This document shows, piece by piece, positions 23,906 through 37,288 of a stretch of DNA of 64,000 nt. The DNA comes from Octopus bimaculoides (lineage: Eukaryota). The notes below the pieces were generated by a model. It saw only the letters and a list, made by a program, of their open reading frames with translations. It was not told the origin of the DNA and did no database searches. The stretch covers positions 37,926,042 to 37,990,041 of the forward strand of contig NC_068983.1 in assembly GCF_001194135.2 (NCBI RefSeq). The letters are read 5' to 3'. Both the position numbers and the translations under genes were made by a program. Every line of letters starts with the position of its first letter. The stretch's first letter is position 1.

Positions 23906-24918
23906 CAGGGGTCACCAAACTTTTTTTGACCATCGACCCCTTTTAGCCATTTCTCCTTCCACAACAACTCCCTTTAACCACTTTTCCTGCATCGACTCCC
24001 CTTTAGCCACTTCTTCTGCATCNNNNNNNNNNNNNNNNNNNNNNNNNNNNNNNNNNNNNNNNNNNNNNNNNNNNNNNNNNNNNNNNNNNNNNNNNNNNNN
24101 NNNNNNNNNNNNNNNNNNNNNNNNNNNNNNNNNNNNNNNNNNNNNNNNNNNNNNNNNNNNNNNNNNNNNNNNNNNNNNNNNNNNNNNNNNNNNNNNNNNN
24201 NNNNNNNNNNNNNNNNNNNNNNNNNNNNNNNNNNNNNNNNNNNNNNNNNNNNNNNNNNNNNNNNNNNNNNNNNNNNNNNNNNNNNNNNNNNNNNNNNNNN
24301 NNNNNNNNNNNNNNNNNNNNNNNNNNNNNNNNNNNNNNNNNNNNNNNNNNNNNNNNNNNNNNNNNNNNNNNNNNNNNNNNNNNNNNNNNNNNNNNNNNNN
24401 NNNNNNNNNAGTATTAGACTTTTGATTTTTATGAAATTGTTTTCACGGTTAGAAAATGTGAAAAACGAATCACAATGCTGGAATATCTTTTACTGAGATT
24501 GACAGCATCAATGTGAGGGATGAGCAGGGTGATCCTGAAACAAGGCATTGATATCAGGCTGATATCAATGTTGGTCAGTTTCAGTCTCAAATCACCTCAT
24601 TCCTCCAGGTTCAAGCAATTTCTGTAAGCAAACACTGGTCAGTCTGCATCCCCTCAATCACACCTCTCAATCTTCGATTACAATACAGATTATGACATCA
24701 GGCCTTGAACGTTAACAACAGCAAACTTCTTGCTGCAGTGAAAATTTATCATGTTTTCTCATGTTTCATGGTGCTGACTAAGTATTTCAAGCAGTTCATC
24801 TAGGTGAGCTGGTCTTTTGCATGTCGACCCCCATTTAACCCCTTGGCTATCATCGCCACCCCTCAGTAATTGCTCACCGACCCATAAGGGGTTTCTTGTA
24901 CCCTCTTTGGTGACCCTG
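23906..24918. mobile_element. hAT/Charlie-like element spanning a gap
   Basis: TIRs CAGGGGTCACCAAAC and CTTTGGTGACCCTG; degenerate TSD CTCCAAAG/CTTAAATG; subterminal 33-bp repeats at 23930-24022. Confidence 0.7.
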
Positions 24919-25444
24919 CTTAAATGAATCAATCCTAGTAATTATTTTTAAGGCTGGTAGTTATTCTATGGATCTCTTTTGTCAAACTTCTAAATTACAA
25001 GGATGGAAAAGAACCAACATGAATCCAGGTTAAAAAAGTCACATGGGTTTTATCCAGTGAGGTTTTGTCTGAGTGTGTTTTGTTTGGATCCCATAAATTA
25101 ATTGTGACTTTATTACCGGTCACCCTCAACACAGATCTGTTCCAGCAGATTTTTTTGAGGCACTTAGCAATGAAGTACCATCAGAGGAGAAGAGTTAAGA
25201 ATGAAATTAGAAGTAAACTACTACAAAATGAATAGTTGATTCTTCATTGTGTCAGTTGGATGTCTATGGTAATGGTGAGGAGCAGAAATTTCTGAAAGAA
25301 TCTAATGATAGGTTATTAGAATTTAAAATAAGATTCCATCTTTTACTATTGTTAATGATTAGTAAACAAAATTTGTAATAGAATCTATAATCAAATCTAA
25401 AGCAATTGGTTTCTTTTTTCTTTTTGTCTTTGTTTTTTCTTTTA

Positions 25445-25800
25445 TTTGCTTTAGTTATTTTGACTGTGGCCAATTGACCCCAGGACTTATTCTCTGTAAG
25501 CATAGTACTTATTCTGTTGGTCTATTTTGCTGAACTGCTAAGTTATGGGGATGTAAACACACCAACATTGGTTGTCAAGCGATGGTGAGGAGACAAACAC
25601 AGACACACAAACATATATACATATATTATATAAGATGGGCTTCTTTCAGTTTCCGTCTACCAGATCCAATCACAAGGCTTTGGTCAGCCTGAGGCTATAG
25701 TAGAAGACACTTGCACAAGGTGCTACACAGTGGGACTGAACCTGAAACCATGTGGTCAGGAAGCAAACTTTTTACCACACAGCCACACCTGCACCTATGT
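25445..25800 (-). mobile_element. Full-length SINE A
   Basis: Reverse complement of the 3921 copy. Confidence 0.88.
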
Positions 25801-25943
25801 TTAATTTGTTTCAGTCATTGGACTGCAGCCCATACTAGGGGACCACCTTGAAGGATTTAGCCAAATAAATTGACACCAAGACTTGTTTTACTTAAAATCT
25901 CTTATTCTTCAGTCTCTGTTCCCAAAAGCTATGGGATGTGAAC

Positions 25944-26166
25944 CTGTGGCTTTCAACCAGGATCCATATGACCCTTGGGGATCCATATAAGATTTTGCTG
26001 TTAAATTTTGTGTGCAATAGATTGGTCATGCTTCTACAATACACAAAATACTTTAATTTAAAAAATGTAATGGAGTTTTTTAAACATCGAATGGCTATGT
26101 GGATCCACCCGAGTAAAAATAGGAACTAAATGGGTCTTTAGGCAAAAAACTGTTTGAGAAACACTG
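25944..26166. mobile_element. hAT MITE inserted into a SINE A
   Basis: Ends CTGTGGCTTTCAACC and GTTTGAGAAACACTG; TSD ATGTGAAC/ATGTAAGC (6/8); SINE sequence resumes after it. Confidence 0.75.
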
Positions 26167-26399
26167 ATGTAAGCAAGCCAACACCAGTTGTCAAGCAGAG
26201 AACAAGCAGAAAGACAGACAGACACACAGACACACAGACACACACACATGTGATGGGCTTCCATACAATTTCCAGCTACTAAATTGACTCACAAGGCATT
26301 AATTGGCTTGAGGCTAGAGTACAAGCCCAAGGTGCCGTGCAATGGGACTGAACCCAAAACCATGCAGTTGTAAATCAAGCTTCTTAACCATACTGGCAC

Positions 26400-26715
26400 T
26401 CTGTCGGTTATAACAAGTGTTCCAGCTGATCCAATCAATGGAACAACCTGCTCATGAAATTAATGTGCATGTGGCTGAGCACTCCACAGACACATGTACT
26501 TGTAACGTAGTTCTCAGGGAGATTCAGCGTGACACAGAGTATGAGAAAGCCGGCCCTTTGAAATACAGGTACAACTCATATTCTCCAGCTGAGTGGAATG
26601 GAACAATGAGAAATAAAGTGTCTTGCTCAAGAGACACAACATGCTGCCAGGAATCGAACTCATGACCTTAGGATTATGAGCCAAATATCCTAACCAATAA
26701 GCCATGTACCTTCAC
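26400..26715 (-). mobile_element. SINE family C
   Basis: tRNA-like head on minus strand (TGGCTTATTGGTTAGG...GAGTTCGATTCC) and shared body. Confidence 0.85.
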
Positions 26716-27076
26716 TTCTTCACCATACACAAATGCAGTAAAGTTTTGCTAATTGCAACATAAATATTTCTTAAACTTCTGCATGTCTAACTGAAGAATG
26801 GATTTTGGATTGGACAACCCCAAATAGCTCTGTGAATTCGAAGAACAGTGCAGTATTTGAGAATTACTCAGTATTTTAGAATCACTTCTTTGACAATACA
26901 TTGGTGCCAAGATGTCTGGAACTTGCAACAGACATACTGTAAAGGTAACTGGATACTGTGGCTAAATCCTTTTATTTGCCACTTTATCTCTTTCATCTCT
27001 TTATATCAAATCTAACACATTAATCTTGTTCTTTTCTAACTTTCAACCCCTTTTAAGAAGTCTAGGAATTTTAATG

Positions 27077-27113
<37 letters not shown>

Positions 27114-27292
27114 CACACACACACACCCACACACATGACAGGCTTCTTTCAGTTTCTGTCTACCAAATCCATTCACAAGGCTTTGGTTGGCCCGAAGCTA
27201 TAGCAGAAGTCACTTGCCCAAGGTGCCACACAGTGGGACTGAACCCAGAACCATATGGTTAGGAAGTAAGCTTCTTACCATACAACCATGCT

Positions 27293-27334
<42 letters not shown>

Positions 27335-27384
27335 CATCTGTCTGTCTGTCTGCTTGTCTATCTATCTACCCATCTCTTTTTCCA

Positions 27385-27418
<34 letters not shown>

Positions 27419-27559
27419 ATCTTTTTATCTTTCACTTGTTTCAGTCATTTGATAGCAGCCATATTGGGGTGCTTAATTGAACAAACCAATCCTAGTTCAA
27501 TGTCTTAAGTCTGATGTTTTTCAATTAGTCTCTTTTGTCAAACTACAAGGTTATAGAGA

Positions 27560-27593
<34 letters not shown>

Positions 27594-27986
27594 GGACTTC
27601 TTTCAGTTTCTATCTACCAAATCTGTTCGCAAGGCTTTGGTTGACCCAAGGACTTAGTAGAAGACACTTGTCCTAGGTGCCATGCAATAAGGCTGAACCT
27701 GGAACCATGTGGTTGGGAAGCAAGGTTCTTACCACATAGCCACACCTCATTTTTTTTTTCTTTTTCTGTCAGATTAGAATCTTCATCCCTATTAGGGATG
27801 ATAAATTACCAGCTGTATACTGAGAATAAGTTGTCAAGAGTTGTATCATCTAAAAAAATTAACACTGATTATATATATATANNNNNNNNNNACATCTTGT
27901 GTCTACTAAGACCTAAATTGTTCTCACAACAAAATTCAGCGTAAATGGGCAAGACATTTAAAATTACCGAAAAAATCATTATTAAA

Positions 27987-28042
27987 CAGGAACTAGTTTC
28001 GAAATTACCACTCTTACCGAATGTCTGTTTCTCTTCAGCCTG
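27987..28042 (-). ncRNA. Minimal type I hammerhead ribozyme (inverted copy)
   Basis: Reverse complement of 28482-28537 with one loop-II substitution. Confidence 0.85.
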
Positions 28043-28481
28043 ATCGTAATGTAACCATAATCCTCAGAACCCTATACAAAGTTGCCCACTGTCATAGGTG
28101 AACGTGTATGTGGTTCTGTGTCCACGTGAGTGGTCAACGTTATATATAAAAATATACTTTAATCCCCTGAGATCGCAGATATTGTTTCTGAATCTCTTTG
28201 ATTCTTTAAATGTGCTAGCTTCCTGGTAATAAATCGATATTAATTAATATATGATTTTTTACCCTATGTTTTAAATGAATTAACTATTACCAAGTTCTCA
28301 AACTGGATATATGCGACGCAGTAAATATTTTTTTCTGCAGACATATTCCCGGAATTAGTGCGCCAAAACGAAGATTTTTGAATTTTACCATTAAGCTGTA
28401 ATTAACAGAACCACATACACGTTCACCTATGACAGTGGGCAACTTTGTATAGGGTTCTGAGGATTATGGTTATATTACGAT

Positions 28482-28537
28482 CAGGCTGAAGAGAAACAGA
28501 CATTTGGTAAGAGTGGTAATTTCGAAACTAGTTCCTG
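28482..28537 (+). ncRNA. Minimal type I hammerhead ribozyme, intact core
   Basis: cagg-CTGAAGA-gaaa...tttc-GAAAC-TA-GTT-cctg: stem I cagg/cctg, stem II G10.1-C11.1, palindromic stem III AACTAGTT, GUU cleavage triplet ending 28533. Confidence 0.85.
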
Positions 28538-29364
28538 TTTAATAATGATTTTTTTTGGTAATTTTAAATGTCTTGCCCGCTTACGCTTTGGTATTCCGCT
28601 GAATTTTGTTGTGAGAACAATTTAGGCCTTAGTAGACACAAGATGTGATCTATTTCTAGCACATTAAGTGTCCACGTGAGTGGTCAACGTTATATATAAA
28701 AATATACTTTAATACCCTGAGATCGCAGATATTGTTTCTGAATCTCTTTGATTCTTTAAATGTGCTAGCTTCCTGATAATAAATCGATATTAATTAATAT
28801 ATGAATTTTTACCCTATGTTTTAAATATATNNNNNNNNNNNNNNNNNNNNNNNNNNNNNNNNNNNNNNNNNNNNNNNNNNNNNNNNNNNNNNNNNNNNNN
28901 NNNNNNNNNNNNNNNNNNNNNNNNNNNNNNNNNNNNNNNNNNNNNNNNNNNNNNNNNNNNNNNNNNNNNNNNNNNNNNNNNNNNNNNNNNNNNNNNNNNN
29001 NNNNNNNNNNNNNNNNNNNNNNNNNNNNNNNNNNNNNNNNNNNNNNNNNNNNNNNNNNNNNNNNNNNNNNNNNNNNNNNNNNNNNNNNNNNNNNNNNNNN
29101 NNNNNNNNNNNNNNNNNNNNNNNNNNNNNNNNNNNNNNNNNNNNNNNNNNNNNNNNNNNNNNNNNNNNNNNNNNNNNNNNNNNNNNNNNNNNNNNNNNNN
29201 NNNNNNNNNNNNNNNNNNNNNNNNNNNNNNNNNNNNNNNNNNNNNNNNNNNNNNNNNNNNNNNNNNNNNNNNNNNNNNNNNNNNNNNNNNNNNNNNNNNN
29301 NNNNNNNNNNNNNNNNNNNNNNNNNNNNNNNNNNNTATATATATATATATATATATATTCTTTT

Positions 29365-29755
29365 ATTCTTTTACTTGTTTCAGTAATTTGACTGTGGCCA
29401 TGCTAGAGCAGCACCTTTAGTCGAACAAATCAACCCCAGGACTTATTCTTTGTAAGCCTAGTACTTATTCTATTGGTCTCTTTTGCTGTGCCGCTAAGTT
29501 ATGGGAATATAAACACACCAACACCGGTTGTCAAGTGATATTGGGGGAACAAACACAGACACACGTGCACTTACAAACACACACACACATGACGGGCTTT
29601 TTTCAGTTTCCACCTACCAAATCCACTCACAAGGCTTTGGTTGGCCCGGGGCTATAGTAGAAGACACTTGCCCAAGGTTCCATGCAGTGGGACTGAATCC
29701 GGAAACATGTGGTTGGTAAGCAAGCTTCTTATCACACAGCCACTCCTGTGCCTGC
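29365..29755 (-). mobile_element. Full-length SINE A
   Basis: Reverse complement of the 3921 copy. Confidence 0.88.
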
Positions 29756-30426
29756 ACAGAGCCACTGTGCCTCCATGCAGTCACTTTGATAAATTGAGTG
29801 AATTCTTTCCTTGGAATAAGTAGCTTTGTGTCAATGTTAGAAATCTTCATAATCATGATGCTGATGATGATGCATCATCATTGTTACAGAGAAATGAATT
29901 TTTTAGTTTGTCAGAATTAGTTCTAACAAATTAGCCAAATTTTTTAGCTTGTCAGAATTAGTTCTAACAAATTAGCCATTACTAAATGTGTGATATTAAC
30001 TTCGTTTACTCAATCTCATCTAGTATTAAATTACTAATGACAGTATTTAATTGATGAGGCTTAAGAATATGATGGCATCAGAGGTTCCATAGCAACCGTG
30101 GTGTTAAAACAAAGACAAGATACCAATTTACTGTTAGCTTTTTCTTGATAGCTTAATGGATGTTTTGTCTCTATCAACTCTATTTCATGTTGTATTCTCT
30201 TTCAACTTCAAGAAATGAAAAATAAGAAGTTTGATGGAATGCTTTTGCCTAAACGAATCTTCTATTAATAAAAGTTTAATTCTGTTGTATTGTTGAAGCT
30301 CAGGCAACTGCTTCCCATCTCCATCCTCAATAACTCCATTTTTTTGTCATTGTACTCATGCTTCTTTCACCCACTCATTCAAACCTTTCTGCTGTCATTA
30401 CTGTCTCATCTATTCTTCTCCTAGAT

Positions 30427-30940
30427 CAGGGGGTCACCAAACATTTTCACCGTGGGCCAGATAACTGAGAGAATGATGAGCACAGGCTGCATAACCATTT
30501 TGTTCAATACAATACAGTGAATACACTAAAAGTAAAGACAACCAACATATTTACTTACCAAAAAGTTATCAAAGAAGGCGACGTTAGCAATAAGATAGTT
30601 ATATCACAGCCAGTGTGCACATATCCGAATCCCACAAATTAAGCAGCTAAAAAGATTAGTGAGATTTGTGAAACTGGTATTTAGTTTTTATGACATCATC
30701 AGTATTTGTTTTGGAATTGCTGCACCCAACCAAGAGAAATGCTTTCAAATGTTCATCAGTCAACCTTGTTTGATGTGCTGGTCTCACATACTTCATTTCT
30801 GAAAATGCTTGCTTACAGATATAAGTTGTTCTAAATACTGATGCCATACCAGAGGCAAATGAACTCTCATTGAACAAACAGTACAGTGCAGTGGCAGGCT
30901 GGATGAACTGACCTCGTGAGCTGTAGTTTGGCAACCCCTG
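30427..30940 (-). mobile_element. Internally deleted hAT/Charlie element retaining transposase C-terminus
   Basis: TIRs CAGGGGGTCACCAAAC and GTTTGGCAACCCCTG; minus frame FRTTYICKQAFSEMKYVRPAHQTRLTDEHLKAFLLVGCSNSKTNTDDVIKTKYQFHKSH* matches GTF2IRD2/EPM2AIP1-like hAT dimerization domain. Confidence 0.88.
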
Positions 30941-31014
30941 TCCTTAGTCATTTGAGCTGAAGAATATGTCATAGGTTATTAAATATTCTTTATATTCTAC
31001 ACTTTTGCTCTTAC

Positions 31015-31380
31015 ACAACCTCTTGCATGGAACACAAAATGAACAGCTTTGTCAGGCAGCAAGTCTACAAATATGCTGGCAGATGGAAACCACTCCTTGT
31101 ATCGGTAAAAATATGAGAGCTTGCCTTGTATGGTCATATATCCTGCCATAACTCCCTATCCAAAACCATTCTTCAGAGCATGGTTGAGGGAGGGCAAAAG
31201 AAAAGCTGACAAAAATCTTGATTTGGCAACATCAGGGACTGGATTGGTCACAAAATAGTGAACTTGCTACACCTGACAAAGAACAGAGACTAGTGGTGAC
31301 AACTGGCTCCAAAAGCATCTGGAGTGACACTCCAATGACTGGCTGCATCAGTTAAAGGATGATGATAATGATGCTGACAA
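31015..31380 (+). mobile_element. Old RTE-clade LINE 3' end, different family
   Basis: Decayed LALYGHI..HNSLSKTILQSMVEGG..K..WFGNIRDWIG..LLHL..RD.W; followed by (GAT)n. Confidence 0.75.
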
Positions 31381-33579
31381 TGATCCTTTCACCCACCCAT
31401 TCTAGCCTTTCTGCTGTTAATGATCTCTCTCTGTGTCTCTTTCTCTCTCTCTACTGAATGGAGAAAGTGTGTAGGATTGTAAGGCACCAATAGTTCCATC
31501 TTGTTGAGGAATTATCAGCCTCTTTACTGCTGATGCCATGAGAAAACTCATTGAGTGCACTCTGTAAAGGGATTGGTGTAAGGAAGGGCATCTAGCCATA
31601 GAAACCAAACCAAATGACACATACAAGAACGAGTCTTTGAGAGCATAGCTTTTGATAAGAAATGATTCAGACCATGTAAACCTGTACAACCCATCCCACC
31701 CAGCAGGCAAACTAGCAGAATCATTAACATGCCAGGCAAAATGCTTAGCAGCATTTCATCTGTCTTTACGTTTTGAGTTCAAATTTTGCCTTTCATCCTT
31801 TTGGGGGTCGATAAATTTAGTACCAGTGAAACACTGGGGTCAATGGAATTGACTACCCCCCCCCCAAAAAAAAAATTTCAGGCCTTGAGTCTATTGTAGA
31901 AAGGATTATTATTATTATTTTGATGACGATGGTGGTGGTGGTGGTGGCAGTGGTACAGCCCTCTTCGTATTAAAAGCTCTATAGATAAATCTGTCAGATG
32001 TCTTTGGGGAGTAACTTACTCAGAAACATCATTTGTATGAAAAATGATACTTAATTAACTGTTAACATATTAAATGCAGTCAGCATTAACAATCCAATTA
32101 GTAATAATAATGTATTGAATAAAGACAACATTAGTCAATGGTTAATATTGTTTTAATCATCTTGTCTAGTACAGGAGACAGTAAAGCCTTAATTTCATGG
32201 TACATTTGTTCTTCCTGCTTCTGAGTTCAAATCCCAGCAAAATTAACTTAGTCTTTCATTACTGTGAAGTTTATGAAATAAATACCAGTAATATACAACT
32301 TGTTACCAGTTCAAATATGCTTGAGGCTTATCTGAACCCCTAAAGACCTGGGTTTGAACATGCCTCAACCATATTTGAACTGATAACAAGTTTGTATTTA
32401 TACATATCACTGTTTAGTGTTTCTATTCTGTATCAATAATACACAAAGACTCATTGGGTGGCGAGTTTGCAGAGTTGTTACTGCTTTGGGCAAAATGCTT
32501 TGTGGAATTTCGTCTGTCTTTATGTTCTGAGTTCAAATTGCACTAAGGTTGATTTTGTCTTTCATCCTTCTGGGGTTGATAAGACAAGGACCAATTAATT
32601 GATCACTGGGGTTGATGTAATTGACTCACGACTCCCCTGATATTACTTGCCTTGTGCCAGCTAAAATATTTGATGAGGAAATCAGAAATTCAACACAACC
32701 ACTTAAATAGATTATAGATAAATTAGTGTCGACATATTTAATGTAATGATGAACATTAAAAAGCATTAATTAGAGAATAATTAGGCAATGAGGAAATGAC
32801 AAATAGTGGTTAATCACTCATGTCATTTTAATTACTCCTGCAAATATAAGAGTGAAGTGAATTACATGTCCTAGTGGTTAGGGTGTTGCAATCATGATTG
32901 CAAAGTCCTGATTTTTATTCTTGGACTGGTTGCTATGTTGTGTTCTTCAGCAAAACACTTCATTTCACATTACTCATGTTAAACCAATCCACTTATCCTT
33001 TTAAGGCAGGTTGCACCAGCCTGGTTGCTGTCCTTTAATAGAAACAAGTAAAATATAAAAGATCTATGTGCACCCAAATATTTCTATTTGCTCTTAAGTC
33101 CATTACGAGTAAAAAAAAAAAAAACATTTGAGAAGCAGTTGTTTTAGAGAATCAGCTGCCATTTTGCATGTTTGTTTCTCTGTTAAAATGTCTTTAAGCA
33201 ATTTAACTGCATTAGCTAACTCTAGTAATGTTTATGTTTATGGTGTTGGTTGGAATTATTTGGTAGCTAATTAGCAGAACAATTCAGTTTATTGTACCAG
33301 TTAACTTTATATAATTAATAAATGTCTTTCGTCAACAACATTAGCCATGGTCTCACGAAAGCGCTCATTTACCAAGTTACTGTTTAAACCAAATTATAAT
33401 ACACATATATGCACTCACATATGCACACATAAATACATGCATGCATGTGCACACACACATGCATGCAGACGTAGATGCACACATCCAGTTCATCATCATC
33501 ACAATCATCATAACCATCATCGTTTAAACTCCACATTCTTCTGTTAGCAACCCATGCAAGTAGTCCAAAACACATACAC

Positions 33580-33618
33580 CTATGTATGTACACACACATG
33601 CACATGCATGTGTGTGTG

Positions 33619-33660
<42 letters not shown>

Positions 33661-34090
33661 ATATGTATATATACTGATGTATGTTTGTATATGTATGTAT
33701 ATGTGTGTGTGTGTGTATATACATATACACACACATGTATGTATACATATGTATATATATATATATATATGTGTATCTGTATATATATGTGTATATNNNN
33801 NNNNNNNNNNNNNNNNNNNNNNNNNNNNNNNNNNNNNNNNNNNNNNNNNNNNNNNNNNNNNNNNNNNNNNNNNNNNNNNNNNNNNNNNNNNNNNNNNNNN
33901 NNNNNNNNNNNNNNNNNNNNNNNNNNNNNNNNNNNNNNNNNNNNNNNNNNNNNNNNNNNNNNNNNNNNNNNNNNNNNNNNNNNNNNNNNNNNNNNNNNNN
34001 NNNNNNNNNNNNNNNNNNNNNNNNNNNNNNNNNNNNNNNNNNNNNNNNNNATATTATATATATGTATGTATATATATATGTATGTATATG

Positions 34091-34128
<38 letters not shown>

Positions 34129-34400
34129 TGTATGTATATGTATATACATGTATGTATATACATGTATGTATATGTATATACATGTATGTATATGTATATA
34201 CATGTATGTATATGTATATACATGTATGTATGTGTATATACATGTATGTATGTGTATATACATGTATGTATGTATGTGTATATACATGTATGTATATGTA
34301 TATACATGTATGTATATATATATGTATGTATATGTATATATATGTGTGTGTGTATATATATATGTATGTATATGTGTGTGTGTGTGTGTGTGTGTGATGT
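33580..34400. repeat. Compound (TA/TG/TACA)n microsatellite array spanning a gap
   Basis: Directly visible; repeating TATGTATATACATG-type units. Confidence 0.97.
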
Positions 34401-34574
34401 GGCCTTTGCATGATAGATGATGTAGAATGCAACTAGCTTCAGCAGTCATGTATTTGTTATCCTTCTTCTTTACTTTCACTAATTACTTAATTATGTATGC
34501 AGGGGGAATTCAGTGTTTTACTGGCTTCAGCTTTTTGTGTGTATTTTTTTTTTCATTTTATTTTATTTCTCTCG

Positions 34575-34995
34575 GGCATGGCTGTGTGGTTAAAAAAGCT
34601 TATTTTGTAACCATGTGGCTTCTGGTTCAGTCCCACTGTGCAGCGCCTTGGTACAAATGTGTTCTACTATAGCCCAAGACTGACCAATGCCGTGAATGAA
34701 TTCAGCAGATAGAAACTTTGTGGAAACCTATCATCTCTCTATCTCTCTATCTATGTGTGTGCGTGTGTGTGTGTGTGTGTGTTTATGTCTGTGTGTGTCT
34801 TGATATTTCTGTTTCTTGCCTCCTGACCGTCACCACCATTTGACAACTGGTATTGGTTTGTTTATGTCCCTGTAACTTTGCAGTTTTAATAAGTACCAGA
34901 CTGAAAAAACAAGTTCTGGGGTTGATTTGTTTGACGAAGCCCTTCAGGATGGTGCCCCAGCATGGTCACAGTTCATTGACTGAAACAAGTAAAAA
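34575..34995 (+). mobile_element. Diverged SINE A
   Basis: Head GGCATGGCTGTGTGG and tail TGACTGAAACAAGTAAAA. Confidence 0.8.
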
Positions 34996-35660
34996 AAAGA
35001 TAAGCTAATCATAAGTCAAAGGAACAAGGAGCGGGGGACAATGTTTATGACCTTCTCTACAGCTTTGTATGTTGTTATTATTATTAGAAAAAGGGAATAC
35101 AAGGAGAAAATCAAGCATTTATGAGGGCCAGTGGTTGTAGTATGTTGGGGAGTACTCAACCATTTTTTTTGTTATCTATGGATCCATTTGATTTCTAATT
35201 TACATGGATGAATCTTCCAAGTTATTTTTATATTTTTATGTATGACTGATGCTAATTTATAATTGTTATGCAATGTCAAGAGAATGAGGCACAAACACAC
35301 ATGCACATGAATCCACACTCACAGGCACATACATACACCCATACATACAAACATTCATACACACACACACGTGCATTCATACACATGTATGCACACACAC
35401 ACATGCATACAAACATTCATCCACATACATACACGTACATGCAAACATTCACAAACACACACATACATTCACCCACACACACATACAACAGGCTTCATAT
35501 CCAAAAACTGCTCAGAAAGCTTTGCTTGGCCCAGAGCTGTAGAAGACACTTGCCAAAGGTGTCATGCAATGGAACTGACTTGGAACTATATGGTTAGACA
35601 ACAAACTTCTTAACCACAAGCCAGGCCTCTGTCTATTTCTGTATTAATATTTAAGAAAAA

Positions 35661-35922
35661 AATTCTGTTTTCATACAATTGTGCACAACAAAGTGTTGCT
35701 TCACCCATACTTGTTTTGGAAGATGAGATTCAGGCAAAATATAAAGGCCACTGACTTAGAAATCAATAGTAAACACATTAAAATCTATTTAAAACAAGGA
35801 AAGCTGTAGAGGGTGTTTAAAGACAAATGGTTTGTGTGCGTAGAAGCTCCCAATCTCATTAGATGTAAGATCTTCCTCTGTGCAATTCTCTAACTCTCCC
35901 TTGGATAAAGGAAGGCTGTATT
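35661..35922. repeat. Unidentified 260-bp segment duplicated at 38858-39118
   Basis: Roughly 90 percent identical direct copy by eye. Confidence 0.9.
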
Positions 35923-36437
35923 GTAAACCAAAATACCAGTACTTCTGATATAACAAGCAATGAAGGACTTGTAAAGGTTAAACAATTCTTATATATACAG
36001 GCTGTACGACTGTCCAAACAAACCTTTTGTTTTTGTTTCGCGTCAATACATAGAGTATGGGGGGGAATGTGCAGATGTTTTGGCAAACATTGAGAGGCCA
36101 GCCTTTAGAATAAACAGCTTTGGAACAATGGTGCTTTTAATAGCTAAGTGTGAGGTTGGCAGCATTGAAATTCATTGTTGGTAAATGAAGAGGAACAAGT
36201 ATGTATTTTTTAAATTTTATTATCAGCATCATTATTTTATAATAATAATAATACCAATAATAATAATGATAATGGTTTCAAATTTTGGCATGAGGCCAGG
36301 ATTTTGGTGTTTGAGAGTAAATCAGTAACATGAACCCCTTTATTCACCTCGTACTTATTTTATGAACCCCAACTGGATGCAAGGCAAAGTCAACTTAGGC
36401 AAACCTGGTGTGCTAATGATTCCATCAGCTTCCCACC

Positions 36438-36980
36438 TTAACTCTTTTGTTACCATATTTCTGTTGAGATGCTCTGTTTTTCTCTCAATTATTTTAAATA
36501 TAACAAAGAATTTAGTAAAATAACTTAGTTATCATTAAGCTGGTGTTAGAAACATAAATTGTGACTAAGGTTTTGGTGGAAGATTTTAATTCAAAACTTA
36601 TGAAAACAAGACATTTGTACTACAAAGCCAGAAGCGGTTTCAGCCAGGTTGGTATCAAAAAGGAAATTAATTATTTGTTATCCCTTTTGTTACCATATTT
36701 CTGCCAGGTTGGTATCAAAAGGGTTAAGAATTGTTTCTCTATTATATATTTTAACCCTTTTGTTACCATATTTCTGTTGAGATGCTCTGTGTTTGTTTCA
36801 ATTATTTTAAATATAACAAAGAATTTAGTAAAATAAATGAGTTATCATTAAGCTAGTGTTAGGAACATAAATTGTGACTAAGGTTTTGGTGGAAGATTTT
36901 AATTCAAGACTTATGAAAACATGACATTTGTAATACAGAACCAGAGGTGGTTTCAGCCAGGTTGGTAACGAAAGGGTTAA
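36438..36980. mobile_element. Cluster of three TTAA-ended MITE family 2 copies (full, mini, full)
   Basis: TIR TTAACCCTTTTGTTACCA/TGGTAACGAAAGGGTTAA; copies at 36438-36670, 36678-36727 and 36751-36980. Confidence 0.88.
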
Positions 36981-37252
36981 TAGTAATAATTATTATTTGT
37001 GATAAGACTTGAAATACTTGTTTTATTGACTTCGAAAGGACGAGAAGTGAAGTCAACATCAGCAGAGTTTGAACTCAGAACATAAAGGTAGACAGATTGC
37101 CAGTTAGCATTTTGTATGCCAATTATTTTTCTAGCTGCCACCTTTATAATAATAATAATAATAATAGTAATATTTTATACCAAACTCTTAAATTACGGGA
37201 TGTAAACAAACTAACACCAGTTGTCAAGCAGTGGTGAGAAGGCACACATTCA

Positions 37253-37288
<36 letters not shown>

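Larger units (their letters stand above)
27892..28830. mobile_element. Hammerhead-bearing non-coding PLE pseudo-LTR or retrozyme-like unit in inverted plus tandem arrangement, within (TA)n
   Basis: 27892-28117 is the reverse complement of 28407-28646; 28118-28277 repeats directly at 28669-28826; implied monomer about 550 bp; (TA)n on both outer sides of the gaps. Confidence 0.8.
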
